From NCBI GenBank assembly GCA_951406725.2, contig OX597819.1:25296001-25360000 (forward strand): a DNA stretch of 64,000 nt, read 5' to 3'. The notes beneath the pieces are model-generated. The model made no database searches. It was not told where the DNA came from and worked only from the letters and a program-made list of their open reading frames with translations. Shown here one piece after another: positions 12,320 to 25,454 of the stretch. How positions within the stretch are numbered: the first letter of the stretch is position 1; each line of letters opens with the position of its first letter. Made by a program: the position numbers and the translations under genes. Source of the DNA: Octopus vulgaris. Taxonomy: Eukaryota.

Positions 12320-14250
12320 ATAATAATGTTAGGCCAAATACTAAGAAATCAGAGATATCTGCACTTAAACGCCTACAAAACGATAAAACAGAAATCATTA
12401 AGCAAGCAGATAAAGGGGGTGCAATTGTTATAATGGATGCAGAATACTACAGGGATTTAGTTGAGGACCAATTGTAGGACACAACATTCTTCTGTGAAAT
12501 ACCTGCAAATATAGACCACCGCATCATGAAAAAAGTCAATAACCTGGCTTAAAAACAATACAACTCACTCAACATTGACGAAAGAGACTACATTACCAAT
12601 TTCGAACCAAAACCCAGCAACTTCTATGGCTTACCAAAAATACACAAGTCAAAAGAAATTCAAACATGCAGTAAAGGAACAAGAAAGTGAGTGCTTAAAA
12701 TTACTACACCCGAAAGACCTAAAACTCAGACCTATTATAGCTGGTTCACTATGCCCTACATAGATACGCATACATACATACATACATACATACATACATA
12801 AATACTCACTTATGTATACACGATACGATACAATACATATAAATATTAACAGTTAATAAGTTTACTAACCTTCAGAAATGAATAAAAGAATGCTTAGAAC
12901 AGTTTGGAGACACGAGACGTGAAACCTTAAATTACAACCTGTATTTAAATTTATTGACATAATATTGACACCATTTTGAAACCATTATGTACCCACATGC
13001 CTAGTTTCATCCTGGATGATATCGACTTCCTGTCCCACCTTCCCAAAACAACGGAATCAAATTAACCTTTACTTAGTTTTGATGTAGTAAGCATTTCTAC
13101 CAATATTGCACATAATTTAGGAATAAAGGCGATTAAATACCGGGTGGAAAAACATAAAGTGATTCCCAGTAGATTCACGGTGCCATTTATATTAAACGCT
13201 GTCCAACTTATTCTTGAATATAACACATTCTTTTTCAATTGAAAGAACTACATTCAGGTTAGAGGCACAGCAATGGGAACGAGATTTGCTCACGTTTATG
13301 CGAACGCCGCAATAGGATATTTAGAAAACAACTCTATCAAAGAGTAGAGGAAATCTACGGCATTGAATTTAGAAGGTATATTGAAGATGCACGGAAGAGA
13401 TATCTTGACGATTGCTTCATAATCAGGACAAACTCTCTAGATAATCTGGAAGAATTTAATAACCTCCTGAACAACCTGCACCTAACTCCCCAATTACAAA
13501 GGAGATGAATAATAACAAATTACCATTTCTAGACATAATGATGATTAAAAAGTGATATCAACATCACCACTGATATGTACAATAAACACACAGACACGCA
13601 CCAATACCTGAACTTTAAAGCGTGCCATCTAGCACATAAAAAACGCAATATCCCATACTGCCTAGCCAGGAAAATTTGTACCATTGTGAAAGATGTAAAT
13701 ACTAGAGACAAACGCCTAACAGAACTCAAAGAATTTCTCCTTACACAAAAATGGCCTGTCTCTACTTATAGAAAATGGTATACAGCGTGCTATAGAAATA
13801 CTCATACAACGTAGGGCAACCCCCAAAAAGAGGAAAACAAGAACAAGTCACACTATTTATAGTGACACACAATCCGTGTCATCAAAATATCTTTAGCATT
13901 GCACAAAGCAAACTTACCGATCATTGCTCAAAGTAATAAATTAAAGGATATAATCACAGATCGTGCTATGATTCCAAGTAAAAGAAAGCCGAAGAACTTG
14001 AAACAATTATTAACAAAGGCAAAGATTGATCTAAGCAACAATGACGAATCATCAATCGCATCTAAATGCAATGATAATCGCTGTGGTACATGTCAATTAA
14101 CACACGCCGGTCAATATATGAACACAAAAATCAGAAGAATATTTTCCAATGGAAATATGAACTGCAAAAGCAGAAATTTAATTTACTGCATCAAATGCTC
14201 GAATTTTGCAGATATATACGTTGGTCAGACTGGAAATGCATTGCGGGAAC
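12320..14250 (+). pseudogene. Penelope-like retroelement ORF (reverse transcriptase plus GIY-YIG endonuclease), decayed
   Basis: Motifs in order: IIKQADKGGAIVIMD, FYGLPKIHK, LRPIIAG, GTAMG, RYLDDCF, LPFLD, YNKHTDTHQYL, KPKNLKQLL, C..RCGTC, NCKSRNLIYCIKC..YVGQTG. Many stops and frameshifts; interrupted at about 12760-12950. Confidence 0.92.
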
Positions 14251-14759
14251 TTCACCCAAGAGTAGGGTGTCATTCTTCTCTACAGTCCAATAGAGAAAGT
14301 GAACCCATTACTGCATGATAATATAAAAAAGAATTGCTAATTCCCCTATACAGATAGATCGCTTATTACATAGAACTATCTAGCTAGATACATAAAAACA
14401 TAAATAGATTAGACAGATAGTGATAATAGATAAAAAGATTAATACATGCATATACATAGATTGATAAATCGAGACAGATGGAAAAATGAAAATATAAAGA
14501 GATTAATAAACAGTTATTCTTTTATTTGAGACTTGACGCTAATTGGTTCAATCTGCAAGATGTCGTTACAGAGCTAAAATTCTACTTTTGTATCACATAT
14601 TACATCACATATTAAGAATTTAATTCAACGTAAATAATACAAAAATAAATAGATAAAAAGATATATATATATGTATACATAATTTAATATACACAGTATT
14701 TAAATATGAGCTGCTATTAGTTTCATTCGGTGAGACTGTGAAAACACATTAAGCATTAG

Positions 14760-14970
14760 AATAAGTTCTCCTTCCGGGGGTCATATCGACACCCAGGGTC
14801 GATTTTTTGGATTCTCTAGCATATATACCTGCAGATCCACTGCAGGAATACTCACTTTTGCCAGGTGAATGGACTGAAGCAACGTGGAATGAAGTGTTAT
14901 GCTCAAGAGCCCAACGCCCACTCCAAAAATCGAAATCACAATCTTACGATCAGGAATCCAACACCCTAAC
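14760..14970 (-). mobile_element. Diverged CORE-type SINE fragment
   Basis: gaatggactgaagcaacgtggaatgaagtgttatgctcaagag resembles the SINE body at 29575-29620. Confidence 0.6.
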
Positions 14971-16644
14971 TACACACATACACACACATAAGAGAAGTAA
15001 ATGGAATTCACAAATCCAGAAGGATACCAATAAAACACCCAGTGTTAAACGAATTTGGTCAACTACAGCCAAGAATCAGATATCAATAAATGCAAGTAGA
15101 ATACGATTCCAAAATAATGCCTCATGTTTAACAAGTAAATCCAGAATATCGTTTAGAAGAATTTCAAGAAATTCGGAGTGTCAGACAACAAAGATCAGAA
15201 TGGAGAAAATCAAATGTTTAATAGGTAATTAAACTGTAGCAATAAACATTTTAGCCATTTTGAAATGTGGCGCGAATTGGCAATATGACGTAATGTCTTT
15301 GCCGAAGAATTATCATTTTCGTTTTTTTCCCATTGGTTAATATAACTGCTCATATAAAGATTCTAGAAGTTTCGAAAAGAATGTTTGTCCTGAATTTCGA
15401 TTCTTTTTGGTCAGGTTGAGCAGTTATAAAAGCCCTGGATTTGGGGAGAAACTTTAGTGTTCATTGGTGTCACATAACTCCACGTCACTCACTTTTTTGG
15501 AGGCATCGGTAAATTTTATGCCATGTCTACGTTAATCACAAATCTATTTTGATTTGTTGGTTAACGTATTAGATAGAAAGAAGAAATTAGCTAAGGAATT
15601 TATAGTCGTTTTTCTTCACGACGAAGTTATCTTTCTTTCTGTTAAAAAATATAAAATGTTATATTTGTATAATAAAACATAATTAAAAGGAAATGTTTCT
15701 CTTCACGTTTGTTTTTCAACTAAGCATAGATAAATATGCATTTCTGTAATCTTTGATTTATGTTTCTTACAGCGGTTTAAAGGATACGATTAAAATATTC
15801 AACATACATTGTCGTTGATGTAGCGTTCCATGCGTATATGTCTAGATGACGCTATAACTGCAGTTAGGGTTTTAGATATAATGATAACACTTGAGTATAA
15901 GTGACGTTGAATCATTATATTCTCCCTTACTCAGAGAAAAGCCTAAATAAATAATATAACCTAAGAGAAGGCTTAAGGTAGAATAACCGAAAACCGCCGT
16001 AACACCATATAACACCGACGATCGTTTTTGTTGTGTCAACATATTTAGATATAAAAGATATCAGTCAAATTAATATATCCGAAAATATATGTTAATACAA
16101 CGTTATCAAAGCAGTCCAAAATTGGTTAAATTCAATAAGATCTAAAAAAATATCTCTTGGAGACGAACACATACAAAAAGAACGTTAAGAAGAAGTGTAA
16201 CAGAAAAGTCATTTTAGTACTTGACTTTTGATGATGTCAGTAGATAAGGAAAATATAAGAATAAACATAGGAATTCTACCTTCCGACAATTAGAAACTTA
16301 GAAATTCGATGTCACAACAATTATCTATCTATTAAATATACTAAATATTTTTAAGAAAAATTATGCGTATTATGTTATATGAAAAGCAATTATAATTCAT
16401 GGGTTATAGAGAATTGAAGTATTTAAATGCTTTTCTATATTTGTGAGAACATTTCAATGTAAAATTACCTTTATAATTTAATAATATTAATTTAGAATTA
16501 ATTATATAATATGTATCCTCAAAGCAAAGATCACATTTGAAATTACCAGTACTGTACGGTGGTGCGTAACTAATAAGGGACAACTTTAAATCATACTTAA
16601 TGTTCCTATGCTTTAAGTTCCAAATGCACTTTTATATATACATA

Positions 16645-17171
16645 AGGTCCTGGGTGGGTAGAAAGATAGGGTATTTCCAATGCAGTACTCGACTCAAGCT
16701 TCAGGCAATCTACTCCAGACTAACATCGAAATTCTTCCGGTGTAGAGAATTGAAGTTTCACAGCGGTAAAATGGTTGCGTGCGTTTCGTGAAGAGTAAAA
16801 TATAATCTAAAGGAAAAGTTTAAGAAAGACTTTAAAACATTTTTAACGATCAGTTACACTTATCTCGGTACCAACTTTGCTTTCAATGCCAGTTAACGAA
16901 AAAAAGTCCAAGTGAAAATTTACGTAATATTTACGGTTTTAAATATTCATGGCACTTCTTCAGACCTGCATCAAAGATGTACTCTTACATTAACCTACCT
17001 TTGATGAAGGTCTGAGGAAGCGCCACTCTAATGTTTAAAATCGCAAATGTTACGTAAGTTTTCAGTTGGAACTTTTACGTGAACCGACGTTGAAAGCTAA
17101 GTTGGTACAGAGATAATTGTACCTGATAATTAAAGATGTGTTAAAATCTTCCTTTGTATTTTTATTTGGAT

Positions 17172-17172
<1 letters not shown>
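16645..17172. mobile_element. TA-flanked element with long imperfect foldback (about 16800-17172)
   Basis: Arm pairs such as tggcacttcttcagacct / aggtctgaggaagcgcca and ttatctcggtaccaactt / aagttggtacagagataa. Confidence 0.7.
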
Positions 17173-17233
<61 letters not shown>

Positions 17234-17725
17234 TGTGTGTGTATGTGTGTGTATGTGTGTGAGAGAGAGAGAGAGAGAAACTGGGAAAAGTGTCAGGCAT
17301 TGTAAAATGTTATAAAGACGCCGTAAAAATGTCCTTAAGTAATTTCCTTCCTAGTTGACAAATAAAAACAAACAAAAATCAAATGAAAAAAAAACCAAAA
17401 AAACAAAGTCTACCGGCAATTATTAGTGACTCTCAAAGAAAAGGGAAGATAATTTCAAAGCAATTAACAATTAATCTTTCAAAGTTAATTGAACATGCTT
17501 CGATGAAGGAAAACATGAATTTTGTTAACAGTCAAGAAGCAAGGAATGTTTAAGCTTTCATTCCTATTGCTGTTTTATTTAAAACATTCTAATAATTGAA
17601 TTTCACGCATTGAATTAACTAGGTTTCCATTATTGTTTAGCTCCTAGTCAACACTGCCATGAACAATCTGAACTAAATTATCTTATGTAACCCTTCCCAT
17701 CTTCTGTTTTGATATATATATATAC

Positions 17726-17811
<86 letters not shown>

Positions 17812-17813
<2 letters not shown>

Positions 17814-18011
17814 CGGGAAGCTTTATGAAAATAAACAAAAGACGAATGCAGGTGGAATACAAACAAACAATTGTATTAGTATGGCGCTCAGGAATATAAA
17901 TAAAACAAGTCTTTTACGTTTCGAGCCTACGCTCTTCAACAGAAAGATACACAGAAAAGAAACACGGAAAGAAACAAGAAGAGAAAAAAATGCGTGCAGA
18001 AGCTACCGAAT

Positions 18012-18015
<4 letters not shown>
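17812..18015 (-). mobile_element. TA-embedded PLE-terminus-like element with minimal hammerhead (17910-17947)
   Basis: Minus strand TCTTT-CTGTTGA-A-GAGC gtag GCTC-GAAAC-GTA|AAAGA, with one core substitution. Flanked on both sides by (TA)n. Confidence 0.7.
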
Positions 18016-18070
<55 letters not shown>

Positions 18071-18309
18071 TATGTTTATTCCCTCCCTGCTTGAGGTTAC
18101 CGTGGTCTTTTCCGTAGGCTTTTCTTTCCGCGGATAAACCTAATCTTGCTTTTTACATTTTAAAAATTCTTCTGTGATATACGATCACTTTTGATCGGAA
18201 TTTTATTTTATTTTATTTATTTTCGAAAAGGAAAGCTCAACATTTGTATTTGTGCCCTCTGTGTTCAGCCCTGTGTGGCCAATAAAGAAAGTTATATAAA
18301 TATATATAT

Positions 18310-18460
18310 ATTTACATTATTTACATTGGACAGATATGTGTCCTCATCTTGTTTGTTGTTTACACAACGTTTCAGCTGATTTACTCTCCAGTTTTCATCA
18401 GGTGTCCTGGTAGAATTTTGAACCCTACCTTGGGTTCTCATTCCTAAAGTATCTTTTACT
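18310..18460 (-). mobile_element. TA-flanked element with hammerhead (18362-18405)
   Basis: Minus strand ACAC-CTGATGA-A-AACTGG..TCAGCT-GAAAC-GTT|GTGT. Same family as 60870-61040. Confidence 0.7.
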
Positions 18461-18894
18461 GACGTTATTATTAAAATATGTCCCTTACATATTTCAACTT
18501 CCAAAAACAAATTCGCTTCAGTTACTGTGGAGAAAACGTTCCCTCTTATGGCAAGAGGTGAAAAAAACACTATGTTTGCGCAGTGCTGTTCTCTATCAGA
18601 TTCTCAAACACGTTTCTAGTTCTTTAACAGTTATCAATGGGAAATACTGAAGAGAGATAACTCTGGCCAGGTTTTGAAGCCGTAGCTTGAATTAAAACAT
18701 AGTCAACAACATTGACTGGGTTACACTATTAGGCTTGCGTGGTCGAAAGAAATTCAGCAGGGTTTTATTCCCCTACCCCAGTAACTGCAGTGAATTTGTC
18801 ATTAGAAATTGAAAAATATCTGAAGGCTATTTTAACACTGACACTAGCGAACTTCCACCCACCTTATGCATATAGGCATGTTTACACTAACAAA

Positions 18895-19250
18895 AAGGGT
18901 AAAGCCCCCCCCCGCTTCGGTTATAAATGACCATGAGATTGCACCTAGGAATTATCCCCCCAGAAGTACAGGCCCGGACAATGTTGTTTATGGAAGACCA
19001 GCAGTCACCCACGTATGCCAGCATCCCCTCTCCACGCCACACCACCAGTGTTATCCAAGGGAAAGGCAAAGGCCAATACAGCTTGGCACCAGTGACATCG
19101 CAATTCATTTCTACAGCTGAGTGAATTGGAGCAGCGTGAAATAAAGTGTTTTGCTCAAGAACACAACTCACACAGCCTGGTCCAGGAATCAAACTCACTA
19201 CCTCATGATTGTGAGCCTGGCGCTCTAACCACTGAGCCATGAGCCTTCAC
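18895..19250 (-). mobile_element. tRNA-head CORE-type SINE family C
   Basis: Reverse complement matches 38820-39141 (tggctcagtggttagagcg..., ttgagcaa.acactttatttcacg). Confidence 0.88.
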
Positions 19251-19399
19251 AATTTTTTAATGGTAATAATATTAAAATTTGATATGTTTATTTTGTAATT
19301 CTACTTTTAATACTTCGGCAGTTTACAGTGAAACTGTCAACAATACAAACCACTTTCAGTTTTTATTTGTTTAGGCTTTTGCTAAATTTTTCCAGCCAT

Positions 19400-19820
19400 T
19401 GGAGTGCGGCCATGGTGGCGTATTGCCTTGAAGTGTTTAGTCGAACAATACCTCCTCTGTACTTAGCGTTTCGGCAAAAAAGACCGATTGATTAATTTAC
19501 CAGACTAAGAAAACAAAAAAACACCTCTGTACTTTCTCTTTTTAAGTAAGGTAATTAATCTATCGGTCCTTTTTTGCCGAAACGCTAAGTTATGGAGATG
19601 TAAACAAACCAACGCCAATTGTCAAGCTATGAGAAGACAAGCACAAAAAAACATACACACACACATGCAAGTATTCATATACAGACTAAATTCTACGCAG
19701 TTTCCACTTATTAAATTCATTCACAAGACGTAGGTCAACCTGGTGCTATAGCTGAAGCCACTCAACGAATTCAAAACTAGATGGCTGCGAACCAGATGTC
19801 TTAACTGCGCTGCTATGGCT
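19400..19820 (-). mobile_element. SINE family A, diverged
   Basis: tgcggccatgg..., tatcggtc..ttttgccgaa..gctaagtta, cagtttcc, tcacaag. Confidence 0.7.
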
Positions 19821-20051
19821 GCATTGATCGATGAAGAAAGACAAAAAACGTAAAAATGGTTTGTAGCATAAAGACAATGCAGAGTCGAATAAATCGAGCC
19901 GAAGTATTTGACTGGTATCTTACATTATCATAGTTGGAAAGAATTACAGGTAGTCATCCTCTTCGGAATTTTGAAAGTTGATTGTGAAGACATTTTAACT
20001 GTTGTTGTGGGTAACCAATAGTCATCGATTAATGGCATATTTCTTTAAGAG

Positions 20052-21759
20052 CAGTGTTTTCTAATATGAGGTCATGGCAAAATTCAGTGAGGCTACCGAA
20101 AAATTTGAGAAGTAGGTAAGTAGACACAGTGAAGGGTGCCTCCCAATTACTATTCTGTATCTTCCAAAAAATTTCTATTACTGTCTTTAAGTCTTTAACA
20201 AATTATAAAACCATGGATACACTCACACACATTCAATGCATTTGCCGTATCTTAAGTTCTGTCAAGACAGAACAAAGAAAGAATGATTTGATAATAATTT
20301 ATCATTCATAATAACTTTGAGAATGATTTATTCATGAATTATAAAGTATCAAGTTGGCACTGGAAAGTCTCGTATGAATTAATTATGTTACTGCGTTGAA
20401 GAACATATATCCAGTGACAATCTACGAGGGTAATTGCCAGCGTTGCTTTGTTTAATTTTGGAACAGTGTTATAATGTTTCCGAATTGTCAGTAGCATGGA
20501 AAAGAAATCCTAGCTGCCAAATGTGACATCTAACTTTCAGATATTTTGAAGCTGAATTTATAGAACAAACAGCTACAACTTAAAATTATTTTTTGCTGAT
20601 TGTAAGTTGCAACGAAACTGTTGGTGCTTTACTTGGAAAACTTAATATATTTTGGTTAAATATTGGACTCAAATTTTTGATGCATTTTCCATCCCCCACC
20701 ACTATTATGGATGGGCTGTAAATGGATGTTATTTTAGTGTACAATGAGCATTTGAAAAATCTGCGTAATGATATAAAAATTAAGTTCAAAGGTCTTCTGG
20801 AAGCGGACCTTCCAATTTAGGTGGTAAACCCATTCGAGACAAATGCAGCTGATGTTCATATCAGACAGCATTTCCCGTTTTGAATTGCAGAGTGATAAAA
20901 CTAAATTTAATTATTCGTAGACTCAATAGCTTACGGACAAGTAATGAAATTGATTTGAAATTCTCTTTGTTTTGGCTGGAAGTAAAACTATATTTTATTG
21001 TTTATCTTACTTCTTTACATAGTTGGATCGGTTTTTTCCGAGTGTTTTCCTTACAATTAAAAGCTTACAATCGCTCAGGTTTTATACGTAGAGATGATCT
21101 TTGTTTGCTTCTAACAATCAGGGATACTGATGCTGAAAACTTGCAAAACTGCATCTGTCACAAGGATTTCACAGAATAAATACAGTAAAGATGTAATATG
21201 TTTTTATTTTTGTGCTAAAAAAAAATATTATTCTTTTTAGAAGTTATTATCTTTCTGTGTGTCAATAGAATTTTTTTCTTTTGTTATGTGTGTGACATCA
21301 GAAAAAACTGTTTGAGTACAAATGTTTGTTTTATTAAGCACACAAAATATTTTTGTTTTTGTGAAATAGAATAACAGATACAAAATGTGCAATTAATAGA
21401 TTCTGATATTTTTATGTCAATGGCAGAAAACAGGCTATCTGTGAAAATTGAGATGTAACATATTTGTTTATTATTTAAAATTTTTGCTCAAAAATTGTTT
21501 TCAATACAAATTATCAATTTTTAAGTATTTATAGAAATAGATTTCAAAACCAAAAAAAAACAATATTACAAATTTAGTTTTTATTTGATAAATTTAATAA
21601 ATTCTATTTTTATTAAACGTTTTTAACTTTTTCGAAAGTGACCCCTTTCTACCATCAACCATTTATTACAAAACTGAGGTACATTTTCCACCAATAATGT
21701 CTAAGGGAATCAGACAAATGAACGATTCCAAGGGATGGGGCATGAACTAAAAACCACTG
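20052..21759 (+). mobile_element. Decayed hAT (Buster/Charlie-like) DNA transposon
   Basis: Broken peptides GNCQRCFV, LSDI..LNL.NKQLQ, HLKNLRNDIKIKF, VVNPF, ELQSD. Candidate short TIRs cagtgttttc (20052) / aaaaaccactg (21759). Confidence 0.6.
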
Positions 21760-22061
21760 TTTTAGAGAATGTCTAAATAAACTCTGATAAAAGAGCCGAC
21801 AAACCGGCATTCAACCTGCTAGTGATGATAGTGAAATATTTCTGAAATCAAACGTTACCACTTTAAATTCCGAAAGAACACATTGGGCAATATAGTCAAT
21901 AGTAGGTAGCGAACGAAAAATCGATAGGATGCCTTTCACCATAGGTTTGATTGGCAAGCGCTGGCCTGGGGTAAAACAACAACAACAGCACTAACAAGAA
22001 CAACAACAATAACAGCAACAGTTGTAGCAGCATCAACAAGAACAAGAACAACAACTTTTAC

Positions 22062-22223
22062 AGGCGCAGGAGTGGCTATGTGGTAAGTAGCTTGCTTACC
22101 AACCACATGGTTCCGGGTTCAGTCCTACTGCATGGCACCTTGGGTAAGTGTTTTCTACTATAGTATCGGGCCGACCAAAGCCTTGTGAGTGGATTTGGCA
22201 GACGGAAACTGAAAGAAGCCCTC

Positions 22224-22225
<2 letters not shown>
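22062..22225 (+). mobile_element. SINE family A, 5' half ending in its internal (TA)n
   Basis: aggcgcaggagtggct.tgtggtaagtagcttgc...gacggaaactgaaagaagccc. Confidence 0.88.
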
Positions 22226-22257
<32 letters not shown>

Positions 22258-22260
<3 letters not shown>

Positions 22261-22542
22261 TAAGTAGATAAATGAATTATCTTATTACGGATAATTCGAA
22301 AGATAACCGATACCTGGGTAGCAAACTCACAACAGAAAGAACACGGTTGAAGTTACGACCATAGGGCATATACTCCGTGCCTTAGTGCGGAAATTTGAAG
22401 TTTAATTTAATATAATAAGTATAGGAAAGAATGGAGCTGAACGAAGATTTAACTTCGAAGACTTCGAAACATATGTCGAAAATAAAATAAAGGAATTTTG
22501 TTAAATCTTCGTTCAGCTCCATTCTTTCCTATACTTATTATA
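22258..22542. mobile_element. TA-embedded element with a perfect 43-bp inverted repeat
   Basis: 22411-22453 is the reverse complement of 22500-22542. Confidence 0.7.
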
Positions 22543-22554
22543 TATATATATATA

Positions 22555-23165
22555 ACTTCTAAAATAAGGGCAAAAGAAAAATTCTAATGCCAAATATGCC
22601 GAAAAAAGACAAAATTGTCAATACCCATTATAATTTATGCGTCTCGAAACAAACCGATAGAAATTTCTAAAAAATCCGTTATTACCGTATTGGTCCAATT
22701 TTCGGGGTTAATTCATAAGAATTTTCCCCTCCTCAGCGATAAATACGTAAGACATAAATGAAATACTTACTCATACCCATGGAAAAAGCAAGCACTAAGT
22801 TCCGAGCAGACCTAAGTACCCCAAATATATCCAAAATAGAAAATCTTCGGCACATCTCGAGACACGTGTGATTCGAACTAGAAACTTTCTCAGAGTGAGA
22901 GAATCCAGAAGTGAACACTATTAAATTTACAACTAATGTAGGATAAAATTTTTTAGAAAAAAATTTTTACCAATGGCCAGCATATCAAAAAATACCTTTA
23001 AAGGTTAAATTTATAAATAACTTATAAAATAATGGCAAATGAAAAATTCTAATGCCAAATATGCCGTAAAAAGACAAAATTGTCAATAACATTATAATTT
23101 ATGCGTTTTTGATATGCAGGCCATTGATAAAATTTTTTTCTAAAAAATTTTATCCTACATCAGTT
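22555..23165. mobile_element. TA-embedded PLE-terminus-like element (direct plus inverted repeats) with hammerhead at 22682-22742 (-)
   Basis: 22555-22640 is repeated at about 23018-23105, and 22935-22985 is inverted at 23110-23160. Minus strand TTATCG-CTGAGGA-GGGG..CCCC-GAAA-ATTGGACCAAT-A|CGGTAA. Confidence 0.72.
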
Positions 23166-23528
23166 ATATGTATATATTAGATAATATTTCTTGACATTTA
23201 TGCCAAAAACTAATCCGAACAATATCGAATGAAATGAAGACCACTAATCAGTCTTCCCTTCCGCCTCTTCCTCTTCCTCCCCCCTCCTCCTCCTCCGCAT
23301 CATCATCATTATCATCTCCGATGTCTATTGACAATAACTTGAACTTGTCTTTAGAACGATCACGGATGCCCTACACATCTCGCTTCGTCATGGCTGCCCT
23401 GATTTGATTAACTGCTGCAGCTCTACCTGTCCTTGACACTTAGATCTTGACCATTGTCTTAGAAGAATGCCCCCGATAAATTGGATACCGAGTGACAACG
23501 AGATGTCTGAGACATCTCTGACCAACTA

Positions 23529-23731
23529 TAATTAAATTTAGTTTTATCACTCTGCAATTCAAAACGGGAAATGCTGTCTGATATGAACATCAGCTGCATT
23601 TGTCTCGAATGGGTTTACCACCTAAATCGGAAGGTCCGCTTCCAGAAGATCTTTGAAGCTAATTTCTATATCATTACGCAGATTTTTCAAATGCTCATTG
23701 TACACTAAAATAACATCCATTTACAGCCCAT
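23529..23731 (-). repeat. Inverted near-identical copy of 20711-20913 (hAT internal segment)
   Basis: Base-by-base reverse-complement match with only a handful of differences. Confidence 0.9.
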
Positions 23732-25454
23732 TTACTGTTAAAGAGTAGCGGATATCTTCATCACTATCTTGTTCCACAGAATGAGTCTACCATTGAATTG
23801 CTCATTGGTTCACTGAAGGCCATCGACTGCATCTGAGTGTAGTACCTACCGAGAGATTTGGTCATGGATTAGCATGGATCCAGGTTTCATATCCGTAAAT
23901 GACGTTTGTCTTGATGAGTAAAAAGAAATAAAGGTACATGGATGAAAACACAGACATGCGGATAGAGAGGATTGTTAGAAAGAAAACCATTTGTTAAAAC
24001 GGATAAGTAGTAGGAATCTGTGTGTTCCCTGTGTCTGTTAGGAACAACAGCTAAATCTTCCTCAAAACGTGTCCTATAATCTTAAACAAGGAAAAAGAAA
24101 ATAGTCTATGTTGTTTTGCATGCCGCTATATAGATGCGATGGGCGCGACTGCATTGCTTTTCATCACAAATCTGCTCTATCACGGTTGGTATGAAAATTA
24201 AGAACCAATGAATCAATTTGTAACCAACAAAGAGTGTTAGCATTAAAGAATGTATGTAAATAAGCCGGATGAATAGGTCACCATATTTGACAAGGTGACT
24301 GCCTGTTTATTTTCTTCCATTAAACCAAGGCAGTGCACTTGGACAAACGGTAGCACCTTAGACAACTGCTCTCGTGGTACTTCATTGACGTACACGAGTT
24401 CAAATAGGTAAATTGTTATAAATAGTTAAACAGAAACAGGATCAAATCAGCACTGCATGCGTTACATGTAATTCACGAATGTTTCGAATCTGCTTCACAT
24501 CTTTCACTTATCACTACCACAACCATTTCGCCTTTGGATGACTTTGGTAGTGTTCTAAAAGAAAGTGAATTGTTGGTAGATTTGGATAGAACACCTCGTG
24601 GTATATGTTCTGACCATTACTGCATTCTGAATTCAGACCCTGCCGAGCTCAACTTTACTATTCATCCTTTCAGGGTCCATGAAAAAGTACCAATCGAAGG
24701 AAGAGGCTTGACGGAACTGTCAGACGGAGATACCTTCCGTATTTGTTCCAGCTCTTTGTTTTCTGATAGCAACGTCTCTCAATCGATAAAAAAGAAACCT
24801 CACCAGCCTAGTATAAATGTTGATCAGATTCTCTACAATGGCGATGTTCCAGCATGGTCACTGCCTCTGGCTGAAACCAAGAAAAGAATAAAAGAAACCA
24901 AATACATGGTCTTATAAGAAATAGTAACGAAGCAAGTCGAATCTAACCGAGCAAATAAAGTGTTGAACAGAAATGTCAAAAGTCTGCTGTGCTGCATGGC
25001 ATTGTCAAAAGGTTAAATTTCATAAGCCGACTTCAATGTTATAACATTAAATTCAATCAGTGAATTTAGTGTCATAACATTTAGTAGTTATCATGGGCAA
25101 AACACATCACATGTGCAGGTCAAGCGATCATTGTATATACTACAAATGATTATTAAGTTGCATTTCTATATTGACCATATTTTATGGCATATAAGGCGCA
25201 CTTATTTCCCAAGAAAATATCATAAAACATCATCTCAAATCCTATTTAAGCTGCTGGGCCTCCCTTAAGATAATTTTGTCATTCATGCTCACTAGAGTAA
25301 GCTAATTTTAATTCAAACGGTCTTTTCAGTACAGTAATATAAAGTAATGCTTTCTATACAGTAATATACAGTAATGTTTTCTGCTATAGCCAATGTACTT
25401 TTCTGCTATGGCTAAGGTACTTTTGTAATATTTTGCAATTTACTACTAAATATT

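Noticed and set aside
24250-24917. 127-aa + ORF, and a strong minus-strand acceptor at about 24555 (possible terminal exon)
   Set aside because: The ORF overlaps decayed SINE-like sequence. The acceptor leads to early stops in all frames and cannot be linked to the other exons from sequence alone.
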